From: an uncultured cyanobacterium | GTDB taxonomy: Bacteria; Cyanobacteriota; Cyanobacteriia; PCC-6307; Cyanobiaceae | DNA: 64,000 bases | Assembly: GCA_903935205.1 (NCBI GenBank) | Contig: CAIZQU010000152.1 | Span: forward strand, 24,404 to 88,403 | Reading direction: 5' to 3' | Part shown: positions 1 to 9,594 of the stretch, piece by piece | How positions within the stretch are numbered: the stretch's first letter is position 1 | Layout of the letters: every line of letters begins with the position of its first letter | Translations under genes and position numbers: made by a program | The notes under the pieces: model-generated | What the model was told of the DNA's origin: nothing | Databases searched by the model: none | The model's input: the letters and a program-made list of their open reading frames with translations, nothing else

Positions 1-836
1 CCACCGATCAGAGAGGCGATGGTGATGCCGGTGATCGTGAGCACCGGCAACAGGGCGTTGGGAAGAGCATGGTGGAGCACCACCCTCGATTCGCTCAGGC
101 CCCTGCTGCGGGCTGCCTCCACATAGTCGGAGCCGAGGGCGCGACGCAGGTTGAGGCGTAGGGCATTGGTGAAGATGCCGCTGAGGAGCAGGCCGAGGGT
201 GGAGGCCGGCAGCACCAGATGGCGCAGGGTGCCGAGCAGCTGACGGCCGTTCCCGGCGCGCAGGCTGTCGAATAGATAAAACCCCGTGCCCTCCGGCGGC
301 AGCACGGTGGCGGGAAGCCTGCCGCCCACCGGCAACCAGCCGAGCCAGACGGCAAAGACCAGCTGCACCACCATGGCAGCCCAGAAGGGCGGCAGGGCGT
401 AGGTGCCGATCCCGAACAGGCGTCCGGCCAGATCGACCCGTCCCTCGGGCCTGGCGATGCCACTGAAACCCACCGCCAGGCCGAGCACCGCAGCGATCAG
501 CAGGGCCACGAATCCCAGTTCAAGGCTGGCGGGCAGGCTGTCGCGGATGATCGTCAGCACCGGTTCCTTGCTGTTCTGCGAGACCCCGAGGTTTCCATGC
601 AGCAGGTCGCCCAGAAAGCGGCCGTACTGAATCGGCAGGGGCTGGTCGAGGCCAAGCTGCTGGCGCAGGGCGACGCGGGCAGCGGCGGGAGCTTTGGGTC
701 CGAGGATGGCGTCGATCGGATCGCCCGGCGCCACCCGCAGCAGCAGAAACACCAGGGTGGAAATCAGCCAGAGCATCAGCGGCGCCAGGGCGAGGCGGGC
801 GCCCAGGTAGCGGAGGAGGTCGGTGCGGCGGCTCAT
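1..836 (-). CDS. dppB: Peptide/nickel ABC transporter permease (DppB/OppB family), truncated by window start
   Basis: Manual translation MSRRTDLLRYLGARLALAPLMLWLISTLVFLLLRVAPGDPIDAILG...DYVEAARSRGLSESRVVLHHALPNALLP (EAA motif); start codon overlaps the stop of the binding-protein gene. Confidence 0.9.
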   Translation of the reverse strand, partial: MSRRTDLLRYLGARLALAPLMLWLISTLVFLLLRVAPGDPIDAILGPKAPAAARVALRQQLGLDQPLPIQYGRFLGDLLHGNLGVSQNSKEPVLTIIRDSLPASLELGFVALLIAAVLGLAVGFSGIARPEGRVDLAGRLFGIGTYALPPFWAAMVVQLVFAVWLGWLPVGGRLPATVLPPEGTGFYLFDSLRAGNGRQLLGTLRHLVLPASTLGLLLSGIFTNALRLNLRRALGSDYVEAARSRGLSESRVVLHHALPNALLPVLTITGITIASLIG

Positions 837-2593
837 CGGTGGACCTCCGGGGAGCTGGACGGGACGGTGGCAAATCGATCTGAGGCGGAGCCGGCAGCCG
901 CCGCGGCGGCGGGGGCCGAGCGCCGGGGAGCGGGCGCGGGCCGGGACATCCCTGACCGGGCCTGCTCAAGGGGCGGGGCAAGCCGCTGCAATCGCTCCAG
1001 CTGCAGGCGTCCGGAGCCATCGAACCGCGGCGGGCTGATGCCAGGACCACTCCAGGCCTTTTCGACCATCAGCCAGACCGGCAGGTAAGGGACGCCAGCA
1101 GCGGTGCGACGCTGGATGGCGCGCAGCAGGGTCTGCCGTTCGCTGCCGCCGATGCGGCTGCTGCGTTGCAGCTCCGCCTCCAGGCCCGGTGCGCTCCAGA
1201 AGGAACCGCTCAGAGCGCTGTTGCCCTCGGCGCATCGTCCTCCCTTGACCTTGCTGCAACCGAGAAGGGGCACCAGGAAGTTCTCGGCATCGGGATAATC
1301 ACCGATCCAATCGTAAAAAAAGAGGGTCAAGGCGCCCTTGCCGAGCTGGTCGTAGGCGGTGGTCGACTCCATGCCGCTGACCTCCAGAGCCAGGCAATCA
1401 CCCAGATCGCGGCGGACCTGGGCCTGCCAGGTCAGGGCCAACAGGCGATCGGAGGGGATGTCGGAGCGGAACGTGAGCGGCAGGCGCAGGGGACGCCCGT
1501 TGCAGTAGCCGGCCTGGCGGAACAATCGGCGTGCGGTGACGGGGTCATAGGCGGGCCAGGCATCGGGCTCGGAGCCGCTCAGGCTGGGGGGCACCAGCTG
1601 ACGCAGGGGCGGCCGCATCCCCAGGCTCACCCGCTCGCTGATCGTGCGGCGGTCCAGGCTGCGGGCCAGGGCATTGCGGACGGTGGGATTGTTGAGCGGT
1701 GGCTGGTCGGTGAGCAGCGAAAAGAAACCGATCGAGAGCGGTGGGCCGCTGCCTTCGTGCAGATGACCGGCGGCGGCATCGCGATGCAGGGCCTGCTGGT
1801 GATCGATCTCCAGACCGTTGGCGAGCAGCACATCAACCTCACCGCTGCGCAGGGCACCGAACAGGGCGGTGGAATTGCTGAGGGTGACCAGATCGATCCC
1901 GCCATTGGCCGGCCGTGGCCCCCAGTAGCCCTGAAAAGGGGTGAGCCGTTGCTGTTGACCGCTGAAAAAGCTGAGGCGGTAGGGACCGGTGCCGACGAAA
2001 CGGCCGTTGAGGGGTTTGTCGCCGTGCTGGCGGTAGGCCGTGGGGGAGACGGGGGTGAGGGCGATGGCCGAGAGCAGGCGGGTCAGGGGGCTGAACGGAG
2101 CCTTGAGCTCCAGCTCGATTTCGTGAGTGCCGCTGGCGCGCACCGCCTTGACCCGATCGGCCAGCTGGTAGCCGAGGGTGCCGATGGCCATGAAGCGGCG
2201 CAGTGAAAACACCATGGCCGCGGCATCAAAGCGGCTGCCGTCGTGAAAGAGCACCCCGCGGCGCAGGGGAATGCGGGCCCGCAAGCCATCGGCACTGAGC
2301 TGGGGCAGGGCTGTGGCCAACCGGGGTTCGAGGCGGCCATCGGCTGCCATCGCATAGAGAGGATCGCCCAGGGCGCTGAGCACCTGCATCTGACCGGAGC
2401 GGGACGCCTGAACCGGATCGAGGGAATCGATGCGACTCTTGCTGGCCACGATCAGGCGACCCTCCGGCCGCGGCGGGGCGCAGGCGGTGAGGCTGGCCGC
2501 CAGGAGGGCCACCATCAGGCCATCAACCAGGCCAACAATCGGAAGGCGCCGATGACGCGTTGTCCGGTCGGGGCGTGTGTCTGGAGCGGCCAA
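833..2593 (-). CDS. Peptide ABC transporter substrate-binding lipoprotein (SBP family 5)
   Basis: Lipobox LTAC, SLDPVQA, GTGPYRL, DYPDAENFL motifs; true start may be nearer 2515. Confidence 0.9.
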   Translation of the reverse strand: MAAPDTRPDRTTRHRRLPIVGLVDGLMVALLAASLTACAPPRPEGRLIVASKSRIDSLDPVQASRSGQMQVLSALGDPLYAMAADGRLEPRLATALPQLSADGLRARIPLRRGVLFHDGSRFDAAAMVFSLRRFMAIGTLGYQLADRVKAVRASGTHEIELELKAPFSPLTRLLSAIALTPVSPTAYRQHGDKPLNGRFVGTGPYRLSFFSGQQQRLTPFQGYWGPRPANGGIDLVTLSNSTALFGALRSGEVDVLLANGLEIDHQQALHRDAAAGHLHEGSGPPLSIGFFSLLTDQPPLNNPTVRNALARSLDRRTISERVSLGMRPPLRQLVPPSLSGSEPDAWPAYDPVTARRLFRQAGYCNGRPLRLPLTFRSDIPSDRLLALTWQAQVRRDLGDCLALEVSGMESTTAYDQLGKGALTLFFYDWIGDYPDAENFLVPLLGCSKVKGGRCAEGNSALSGSFWSAPGLEAELQRSSRIGGSERQTLLRAIQRRTAAGVPYLPVWLMVEKAWSGPGISPPRFDGSGRLQLERLQRLAPPLEQARSGMSRPAPAPRRSAPAAAAAAGSASDRFATVPSSSPEVHR

Positions 2594-3032
2594 ACCCAGA
2601 GATCAGGTGCTGCCATTCAAGACGGCTGAGCCTCCCGCTTCCAGCCCGTCGGTGCCGGTTCCTCCAGGCATCCCCGGAGGCTCGACAGCCTGGCTCAGCC
2701 AGCGCGGCGGGCCCGGTACCACCTTGCACAGGGGGAGCATGGATCAGCAAACCGCCAGCCAGCCAGCGGCGTGGCAACAAGCAAACGGAATCTCTGCCTT
2801 GTTTTCAACCAGCAGATCGTGAGCATCCTGATGCATTCCTTGGCAAGCGCAAGCGCAGCAACTGCGGCGTAGCAGCAGGCAGATGCATCTCAAATCGCCA
2901 ACGACTCATCGGGGATAAGCCATTATTATCGACGCCGCTCAAAGCAAGCACTCCAACTCGGAATTGACGGATAGATTTTGCGGGCAATGCGTTTTCGCTT
3001 GCACAATGTCTAATCGCTTGAAGGCCAATTCG

Positions 3033-3758
3033 ATGTCAAAACAAATTCTCAGCAAAGCCGCTCGGGCCATCGGCCGCAGCTTGCCGCTGATGGTCAGCGG
3101 CGCCGCCCTCACCGCCGGTGCGGGCTCACTCCTGATGGCAGGATCCGCCCAGGCGGCCTGGAACCCGGTAACAGGGGGCTACAGCTGCACCTTCTCCAAT
3201 GGAGTCGGGTGCACAGTCAATCAAAAAACCCCTGGCGCGGTTGGGGGTGACAAGTTTCTGACTCTGCTCAACTGGAGCAGCATCTCAAACGGTTCCGATC
3301 TGGAATTCAGCTACCAATCGACAGATTCCACTACCCCATGGCATGCCGATCTGGACTTCAATCCAGATGACAGCGACGGTGGCTTTTTAAGCTACAAGAT
3401 CGAGGCAACAGATGGGGTGTTCACGCGGGTGAACCTCATCTCGGCCCGCGATCTGCCGAGCGGTGTCACCAAAACCTACGGGACGCGTCTGCTCACAGAT
3501 GGCTTCACAGTGGATCCAAGCTCGGTGATCGACACGCTCAACATCAGCAGCAACGTCTCAGATAGTGGCTCTGCCTATGGCAGCGTTCTCTATGTCAATG
3601 ACAGCTGGACGGGCCCCGGGGCGATCGACAACATCTCCAACGAGTATGCCCAATCACAGGTTCCCGGCCCCGTGCCCGTGCTCGGCGCCGCGGCCGCCTT
3701 TGGCTTCAGCCGCCGTCTACGGCAGCGACTGAAGGGTGCTTCCCAGGCGCAGAACTGA
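3033..3758 (+). CDS. Secreted protein with cyanobacterial PEP-CTERM-type sorting signal (no. 1)
   Basis: Signal peptide ending AQA; C-terminus VPGPVPVLGAAAAFGFSRRLRQRLK; alternative start 3006. Confidence 0.85.
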   Translation: MSKQILSKAARAIGRSLPLMVSGAALTAGAGSLLMAGSAQAAWNPVTGGYSCTFSNGVGCTVNQKTPGAVGGDKFLTLLNWSSISNGSDLEFSYQSTDSTTPWHADLDFNPDDSDGGFLSYKIEATDGVFTRVNLISARDLPSGVTKTYGTRLLTDGFTVDPSSVIDTLNISSNVSDSGSAYGSVLYVNDSWTGPGAIDNISNEYAQSQVPGPVPVLGAAAAFGFSRRLRQRLKGASQAQN

Positions 3759-3833
3759 GCTCAGATGCGCACGACTGGGCAACGACCATAACGCTGCGAT
3801 CTAAGGCGAAAAGCCACAATCCACAGCATGCGC

Positions 3834-3858
3834 CCCCGCCCTGATGGGCGGGGTTTTT
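3834..3858 (+). terminator. Rho-independent terminator after PEP-CTERM gene 1
   Basis: CCCCGCCC-TGAT-GGGCGGGG-TTTTT. Confidence 0.8.
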
Positions 3859-4006
3859 CCATCCTGAACAGACCGGCAACAAAACCGGCTCGCAGCTCAG
3901 AAGCATGAGCCATAGGGCTGTTGAAAAGGACCGAGTATGCAGCAGTCGGCAACGCCTATAGCAACAGATAAGAAGCCTAGCGTTAGGAGGTTCCATCACC
4001 AACTCG

Positions 4007-5209
4007 GTGCACATGTCCAGAGTCAGATTGTCTGCTTTGATCGCCAGCAGCAGCTGCGCCATGCTCACAACCCTGGGAACATCCGCCGCCTTCGCTGGAT
4101 CGATCAGCCCCGCCAGCGTCTCAGCATCCCTGGGCCTCGGTGAAACCCTGGAAGTCGTCAAGAGAGTCACCACCGACCTGGGCGGTGGCCTGATTGATTT
4201 TCTCTTCCTCGCTGACAACACCGGCAGCATGGGTGGGGTGATCGGCAATGTGCAGTCCGTAGCGAGCACGCTGCTGACCGATCTCAAGACCACCTACAGC
4301 GGAGCACAGTTTGCTGTGGCACGCTACTTCGGCGATCCCTCCGAAGGCGTGGGGTACGGCAGCAACTCCTATCAGGTTCTACAGACCAGCACCCCTGACA
4401 CCACAGCAGCAAGCCTGGCGATCAACGGCTGGATCGCCAGCGGTGGTGACGATACTCCCGAGGCCAACTTCTACGCCCTGCAGCAGGCAGTGCAGAATGG
4501 CGCCAGCACCTGCCCTGGTGGCTTGGGATCCTCAGGCAGTTGCGGTGGCAGTGCTGATCCAGTGGACTGGCGTCCGGGAGCTCGCAAGGTTGCGCTCTGG
4601 TTTGGCGATGCGCCATCGCATCAGCAGACCGTAACGATGAGCCATGCAACAACCATTCTCAAAGATGCCAATGTTTCACTGATCGCATTTAACAATAGCG
4701 GGGCCACCTCAGGCCTTGATGAGAACTATGAGGATGGCGGCCAGATCGGCTTTCAGGCCAGCACCGTGACCACAGCTTTAGGAAGCCATGGCGCGTTGAT
4801 CAACGACTTCGCCTCGGTCCCGCCGGCAGAGATTTTGGCAACGGTGAAATCAGCTGTGGGCGATGTCACCAGTAAAAGCAACATCAGCCTCGCTGTACTT
4901 GGCGGCACGCCGGCAGGCCTGAATGTGAGCTTCAGCTGCAGCGATCCCCTCGGTTGCAACGACGTCAATGCCGGCGACAGCCGGGAGCTGACGATGTCGA
5001 TTCAAGCACTGGCTCCGGGTGACTACACCTTTGATGTCTACTCCCCAGGCGTCACCGATGAATCCGGTGCCCTGGCCCTGGAGCGCGATCGGATCCGCGT
5101 GGGAGCCGTGAACAGCGTGCCGACGCCCCTCCCCCTGGTCGGCGCTGCTGCCACCTTCAACTTCAGTCGCAAGATCCGTCGACGCCTGAGGGGGATTGGC
5201 AAGGCCTGA
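4007..5209 (+). CDS. vWA-domain protein with PEP-CTERM-type sorting signal (no. 2)
   Basis: MIDAS-like FLADNTGSM, GGDDTPEA, WRPGARKVALWFGDAPSH; C-terminus VPTPLPLVGAAATFNFSRKIRRRLR; signal peptide. Confidence 0.8.
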   Translation: MHMSRVRLSALIASSSCAMLTTLGTSAAFAGSISPASVSASLGLGETLEVVKRVTTDLGGGLIDFLFLADNTGSMGGVIGNVQSVASTLLTDLKTTYSGAQFAVARYFGDPSEGVGYGSNSYQVLQTSTPDTTAASLAINGWIASGGDDTPEANFYALQQAVQNGASTCPGGLGSSGSCGGSADPVDWRPGARKVALWFGDAPSHQQTVTMSHATTILKDANVSLIAFNNSGATSGLDENYEDGGQIGFQASTVTTALGSHGALINDFASVPPAEILATVKSAVGDVTSKSNISLAVLGGTPAGLNVSFSCSDPLGCNDVNAGDSRELTMSIQALAPGDYTFDVYSPGVTDESGALALERDRIRVGAVNSVPTPLPLVGAAATFNFSRKIRRRLRGIGKA

Positions 5210-5300
5210 CCCCAAGCGGCAACAATCCAGGGAAGGCGGCAGCACGACACCTCTGGCCAGGCAGATCCGCTGCAGGTGACGGCCCAGCCCCTCAACACCA

Positions 5301-5320
5301 GGCCCCAACAGGGGCTTTTT
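5301..5320 (+). terminator. Rho-independent terminator after PEP-CTERM gene 2
   Basis: GGCCCC-AACA-GGGGC-TTTTT. Confidence 0.65.
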
Positions 5321-5523
5321 CTTTGGGGGCTGGATCGGTGGCCGGGGAAAAGCGGGCTCAACACTAGCCGCAAGCAACTCCAGCAGAGTACAGCAATAGC
5401 AGCGGTGAACGGCAGCACCGGTTGGACAGTAACGCCTCATTCTTCAGCATTCATCATCACAATCTGAACCTAGATTGCGAATGCATTCCAATCCAGCAAG
5501 CCGTAATGCCCAACATCCACAAG

Positions 5524-6249
5524 ATGAACAGATCGGCCTTCAAACCCATTCGCTTCCTGGCTCTGGTCGCGGCATTTGCAACCGTCGCATCAGCAGAATC
5601 AGCATCAGCCGCAACTGGAAACGCATGCTGGTTTGGCGCCCCCCTTGCCAGCTACTCCTTGCCGCTCTGCAACGAGGAATTCCGCTTCGATCCAGTTCTG
5701 GACAAGAATCTGACCATCAGCACCTACCCCACAGCGGGCAATGGCTACGTCCAATTCAGCGTCGACGAGGATCTCGACTTTATGGTCGATGTCATCTTCC
5801 AACCCTCGGCAGGCAAGTCTCTGTTTACATCACTTGTAGATAACGAGGGGGTCTTTGAATACAATCTGGCAATCACCGCTCCCGGACAGGTCTTCGATCA
5901 GGTGAGGCTGAGCTCCACCACCTCATCGCCATTTGCCGTGGTGAGGAAGACGATCCTCAGCGACACCCCTACGCTCGTCCTTGAATCCGAGGGGGCCACA
6001 GCTGCCCAAGCCGCTTTCAGCAACCGCGGCTTGACCTTCATTCAGGTTCGGGATACCTACAGCGTCAGCGGGGGCTCCCTGAGAGGGTTCCAGAATGCTT
6101 ACACCCAGACTGACGCTACAGATCCCGAGACAACGGTTCCCGGACCGCTGCCACTGTTCGGTGCTGGCGCCGCCTTCGGGTTCAGCCGCAGGATCCGCCG
6201 TCGGATTGGAACCCAGAACAAAGCCGCAGGCTGCAACGGCAACAGTTGA
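5524..6249 (+). CDS. Secreted protein with PEP-CTERM-type sorting signal (no. 3)
   Basis: Signal peptide ending ASA; C-terminus VPGPLPLFGAGAAFGFSRRIRRRI; alternative start 5506. Confidence 0.85.
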   Translation: MNRSAFKPIRFLALVAAFATVASAESASAATGNACWFGAPLASYSLPLCNEEFRFDPVLDKNLTISTYPTAGNGYVQFSVDEDLDFMVDVIFQPSAGKSLFTSLVDNEGVFEYNLAITAPGQVFDQVRLSSTTSSPFAVVRKTILSDTPTLVLESEGATAAQAAFSNRGLTFIQVRDTYSVSGGSLRGFQNAYTQTDATDPETTVPGPLPLFGAGAAFGFSRRIRRRIGTQNKAAGCNGNS

Positions 6250-6501
6250 CTGGCTGCTAACAAGGGTGGTGAAGCCGATCCAGAGAGGGCCCGCTGCTGA
6301 GCGCAGGCGGGCCCCGGGGTCCTGGATGACCGGCAGGATTGCCGCCCGGGGAATGGCATGAAACCTGTCCAGGGAGTTGCTTTCAGGAACCGATCACCTC
6401 AGGAACGGTCCGGTTGCAAAGCCGCCAGGTCTGAGCCCCAGGCCTGGCCACAACAATGCCGGAGCGGCCTGGCCGATCCAGTGGGTGCAGCCCATCGGGA
6501 C

Positions 6502-6765
6502 TCAACCGTCGCGGCGGCTGGCGATGGATGGCCGGTGGGGGGCTGGCCCGCGCACCTGATCCAGGGCCACCTCAAACACAGGTGAACCTCGGTGGACGAG
6601 GGGCCAACGGCGAACCCAACAGCGCTCGCCAGAACTGTCCACCCCGATCACCTGAAACAGGGGGTCGCTCGGGGAATTGGACAGATCAGGAGGTCGGGTC
6701 GCGGGAGGCTGGGCCGCGATGGCATCCGGATTGAGCAGGATGCAATCGCCTTGGTGAAGGTCCAT
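6502..6765 (-). CDS. Small conserved picocyanobacterial hypothetical protein
   Basis: MDLHQGDCILL...LFQVIGVDSSGERCWVRRWPLVHRGSPVFEVALDQV resembles a recalled Synechococcus family; GC3-rich codons. Confidence 0.65.
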   Translation of the reverse strand: MDLHQGDCILLNPDAIAAQPPATRPPDLSNSPSDPLFQVIGVDSSGERCWVRRWPLVHRGSPVFEVALDQVRGPAPHRPSIASRRDG

Positions 6766-6929
6766 GGCTGAGTTGGGCCGGCGTCGCCGGCGCGGAGGGC
6801 TGTAATCGGAAAACATCGTGATCTTTTCTACCTGACCGCCGTGCTGCTGTTCAGCGTGAGCCCCCGAGCAGGCGGATGGGGATCTCCGCACCAGCCGTGG
6901 CTGCGGCGACAGGGGGAGACGATGCGTTC

Positions 6930-8246
6930 CTACAGCGTGCGCAGACAGGCAGCAATCGTCCGCACCTCCGCCAGAGCAGCAATGGCCGCCAGGGCCTGGC
7001 GGAACCTGGCCTCCTGAACCTCGTGGGTGATGACCACGATCTCGGCCTCCCCCTCCTGATCGCCGAGGCTGGCCTCGAACTGGACGATCGACTGAATCGA
7101 CACCCCAGCCGATCCAAAGCAGGTGCCGATCCGACCGATCACCCCCGCCTCATCGCAGGTCTGCAGGCGCACGTAGTTGCGATGGCAGGTCTGGGAGCCA
7201 TCCACCAGGCTGCAGCGACGCCAGCTGCTGGCCGCCAACAGCGGGTCGAGGGGGGCCCCGCTGGTCGTACCCGTGACCTGGCGGGTGCCAGCGATGTTGA
7301 GGATGTCGGCCACCACCGCCGATGCGGTGGGCCCCGCCCCGGCCCCCGGCCCGTAGAACATCACCCGCCCCACCGGATCAGCCTCCACCAGGATCGCGTT
7401 GTTGACCCCATGCACCCCTGCCAGGGGATGGTCCTTCGGCAGCAGGGTGGGATGCACCCGCACATCCAGGGGCAAAGGGTCACCCTCCCCCTCGCGCTGG
7501 GCCACCGCCAGCAGCTTCACCACATACCCGAGACGGGCCGCATAAGCGACATCGCGAGCCTGCAAGCGATCGATGCCCTCGGTGGCAATCGCCTCCCGTG
7601 CCACCGAGCCGCCGTAGGCCAGGGCGGTGAGAATGGCAATCTTGTCGGCAGCGTCATGGCCCTCCACATCGGCGGCGGGATCGGCCTCGGCGTAGCCCAG
7701 CCGCTGGGCATCAGCGAGCACATCGCCATAGGCGGCACCCTCATCGGCCATGCGGCTGAGGATGTAGTTGGTGGTGCCGTTGATGATGCCGCTGACCCGC
7801 AGGATGCGGTTGGCCCCCAGGGACTGCTTCAGGGGCTCAATGATCGGGATGCCGCCCCCCACCGCCGCCTCAAGCAACACATAAACCCCCTTCGCCGCCG
7901 CCGCTGCTGCGATCTCTTCGCCATGGCGGGCAATCACCGCCTTGTTGGCCGTGACGACAGGCTTGCCGGCGGCGATGGCGCGCAGGATCAGGCTGCGGGC
8001 CGGCTCCAGCCCCCCCATCACCTCGACCACGATCTCGACGCTCGGATCATCGACCACCGCTTCAGGATCGCTGCAGAGCAGGGCAGGATTAAGGGCAAGC
8101 GATCTGGAGCGGGCCGGATCGCGCACAGCCACCCGGCGCAACTGCAGCTCCGCCACCAGCGGATGGCGCCCCTGGGGCTCGATCAGGATCGCGGCCACGC
8201 CCGCCCCCACCGTTCCCAGGCCGAGCAGGCCGACACCGATCGCCAT
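6930..8246 (-). CDS. hom: Homoserine dehydrogenase with C-terminal ACT domain
   Basis: GLLGLGTVG, VVTANKA, EAAVGGGIP, NGTTNYIL, GPGAG motifs. Confidence 0.97.
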   Translation of the reverse strand: MAIGVGLLGLGTVGAGVAAILIEPQGRHPLVAELQLRRVAVRDPARSRSLALNPALLCSDPEAVVDDPSVEIVVEVMGGLEPARSLILRAIAAGKPVVTANKAVIARHGEEIAAAAAAKGVYVLLEAAVGGGIPIIEPLKQSLGANRILRVSGIINGTTNYILSRMADEGAAYGDVLADAQRLGYAEADPAADVEGHDAADKIAILTALAYGGSVAREAIATEGIDRLQARDVAYAARLGYVVKLLAVAQREGEGDPLPLDVRVHPTLLPKDHPLAGVHGVNNAILVEADPVGRVMFYGPGAGAGPTASAVVADILNIAGTRQVTGTTSGAPLDPLLAASSWRRCSLVDGSQTCHRNYVRLQTCDEAGVIGRIGTCFGSAGVSIQSIVQFEASLGDQEGEAEIVVITHEVQEARFRQALAAIAALAEVRTIAACLRTL

Positions 8247-8327
8247 GGCTTAGCTACTGCAGACAGCTGATCCTAGAAATCGATCGGCTCGCCCCAGCGT
8301 CGGAGCTCGAACCGATCAGCACCGCGA

Positions 8328-8762
8328 TCAGGACAGATCGGCAGCGGTGGCGAGGGCCGCGGCCTGGGCCTGCATGGTGCGCAGGATATTGAGAAAGCCG
8401 TTGGCTCGGGAGGGGGTGAGGCTGGCCTGGAGACCGGTGGCCGCGATGAAGGCAGGGTCGATCGCCTGAGCCTGGGACGGGGTCAGCCCTTCCATGCCCT
8501 CGATCAGCAGGGCCAGCAGGCCCTTGGTGATCTGGGCATCGGAATCGCCCTGCCAATGAAGCGTTCCCTGCTGCAGCTCACCGACCACATAGACCTGGGA
8601 AACACAGCCGCGAACTTTGGCTTCCTCGCGACGCAGCTCCTCTGGGAACGGTGCGAGCCGCTTGGCCAGCCACAGCACGTACTCATAACGTCGCTTCGGG
8701 TCGGAGGCGCTGCCGAGCCTCTCCACAATCCGATCGAGAGCCGGGCTGCCGGTGATGGCCAT
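8328..8762 (-). CDS. sufE: SufE family Fe-S assembly sulfur acceptor
   Basis: KVRGCVSQVY, GDSDAQITKGL, LTPSRANGF. Confidence 0.95.
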   Translation of the reverse strand: MAITGSPALDRIVERLGSASDPKRRYEYVLWLAKRLAPFPEELRREEAKVRGCVSQVYVVGELQQGTLHWQGDSDAQITKGLLALLIEGMEGLTPSQAQAIDPAFIAATGLQASLTPSRANGFLNILRTMQAQAAALATAADLS

Positions 8763-8776
8763 CCTTGATGGGTCGT

Positions 8777-9265
8777 TCAACGGCGGTCGCGGCGCTGGTT
8801 GGCCACCGCCACCAGCCCACCGATCAGTCCCACAAGCGTCAGCGGTGCGGCACTGAGCAGGAGGCTGGGAAGCCCAGAGGGGCGACGCAGGGCCTGGAGT
8901 GCGACGCCGCTGGACTCGGCCAGGGCAATCCAGTCGCGGTGGCCGGCCCCGGCATCGACCTGGATCTCGGCATCGGGGCCGAGATGGGGAGGAAGCACAA
9001 AGGCGAGGCGACCCTCGGCATCGGTGCGTCCCAGCTCGATCGGCTCAGCGCCGGCCCTGGCCAGCAGACGCACCGTGGCAGCGCGGGCCGGCTCACCGCT
9101 CGAGAAGGCGCTGTGAAGCTGGTAGCTGTCGGCGGAAGAGTGGGTATGGGAGTGGCCCGCGGCACCCGGAGCCAGCAGGTCGGTCTCAATCCCATGGGCC
9201 CGAACCGCCTGAGGTCCAAGCGCAAGGGCGGCGGCGAACAGAAGGGGGAGCGGAGAGCGGCGCAT
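8777..9265 (-). CDS. Secreted/membrane-anchored CbiL/NikL-like protein with His-rich patch
   Basis: Signal peptide ending VRA-HG, HSHTHS, FSSGEPA, GRTDAEG, VDAGAGH, C-terminal TM plus basic tail. Confidence 0.55.
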   Translation of the reverse strand: MRRSPLPLLFAAALALGPQAVRAHGIETDLLAPGAAGHSHTHSSADSYQLHSAFSSGEPARAATVRLLARAGAEPIELGRTDAEGRLAFVLPPHLGPDAEIQVDAGAGHRDWIALAESSGVALQALRRPSGLPSLLLSAAPLTLVGLIGGLVAVANQRRDRR

Positions 9266-9300
9266 GGTGGCAGCGGGGCAACGGATTGAACGGCCTTGGA

Positions 9301-9522
9301 TCAGCCAGCCTTCCAGCGATTGTCGCTGCTGCGGCCCGCCTGCACCATTCTGGCCATGGAACTGACCATCATCGTCAGGGCATCACAGCCCTGGCCACGG
9401 GACTGCAGTTCGGAGGCGATCACCCGTTCGGCGGCGGTGGGAGAGGCGCTGATCGGGCTCCTGTCGGTCGGCTCTGATAGGGAGCGGGACGATGGCCAGG
9501 GAGACGCGGTCAGGGTGTCCAA
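9301..9522 (-). CDS. Small hypothetical protein
   Basis: C-terminal LTMMVSSMARMVQAGRSSDNRW resembles a recalled small picocyanobacterial family; TTG start uncertain. Confidence 0.5.
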   Translation of the reverse strand: MDTLTASPWPSSRSLSEPTDRSPISASPTAAERVIASELQSRGQGCDALTMMVSSMARMVQAGRSSDNRWKAG

Positions 9523-9594
9523 GGAGAGGCCAGGGGTTCGCTGGCGCCGATCCTGGCAAATCCCGGCGCTGGGCGCTGATCCTGCTGCGATGCG

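Noticed and set aside
2964-6249. Integron-like cassette array
   Set aside because: No integrase or attC-like repeats; the intergenic regions do not share a clear repeat
9266-9594. Cobalamin riboswitch or 6S RNA near the CbiL-like gene and ygfA
   Set aside because: No B12-box or 6S-like long hairpin recognised; the gap is mostly filled by a plausible small ORF
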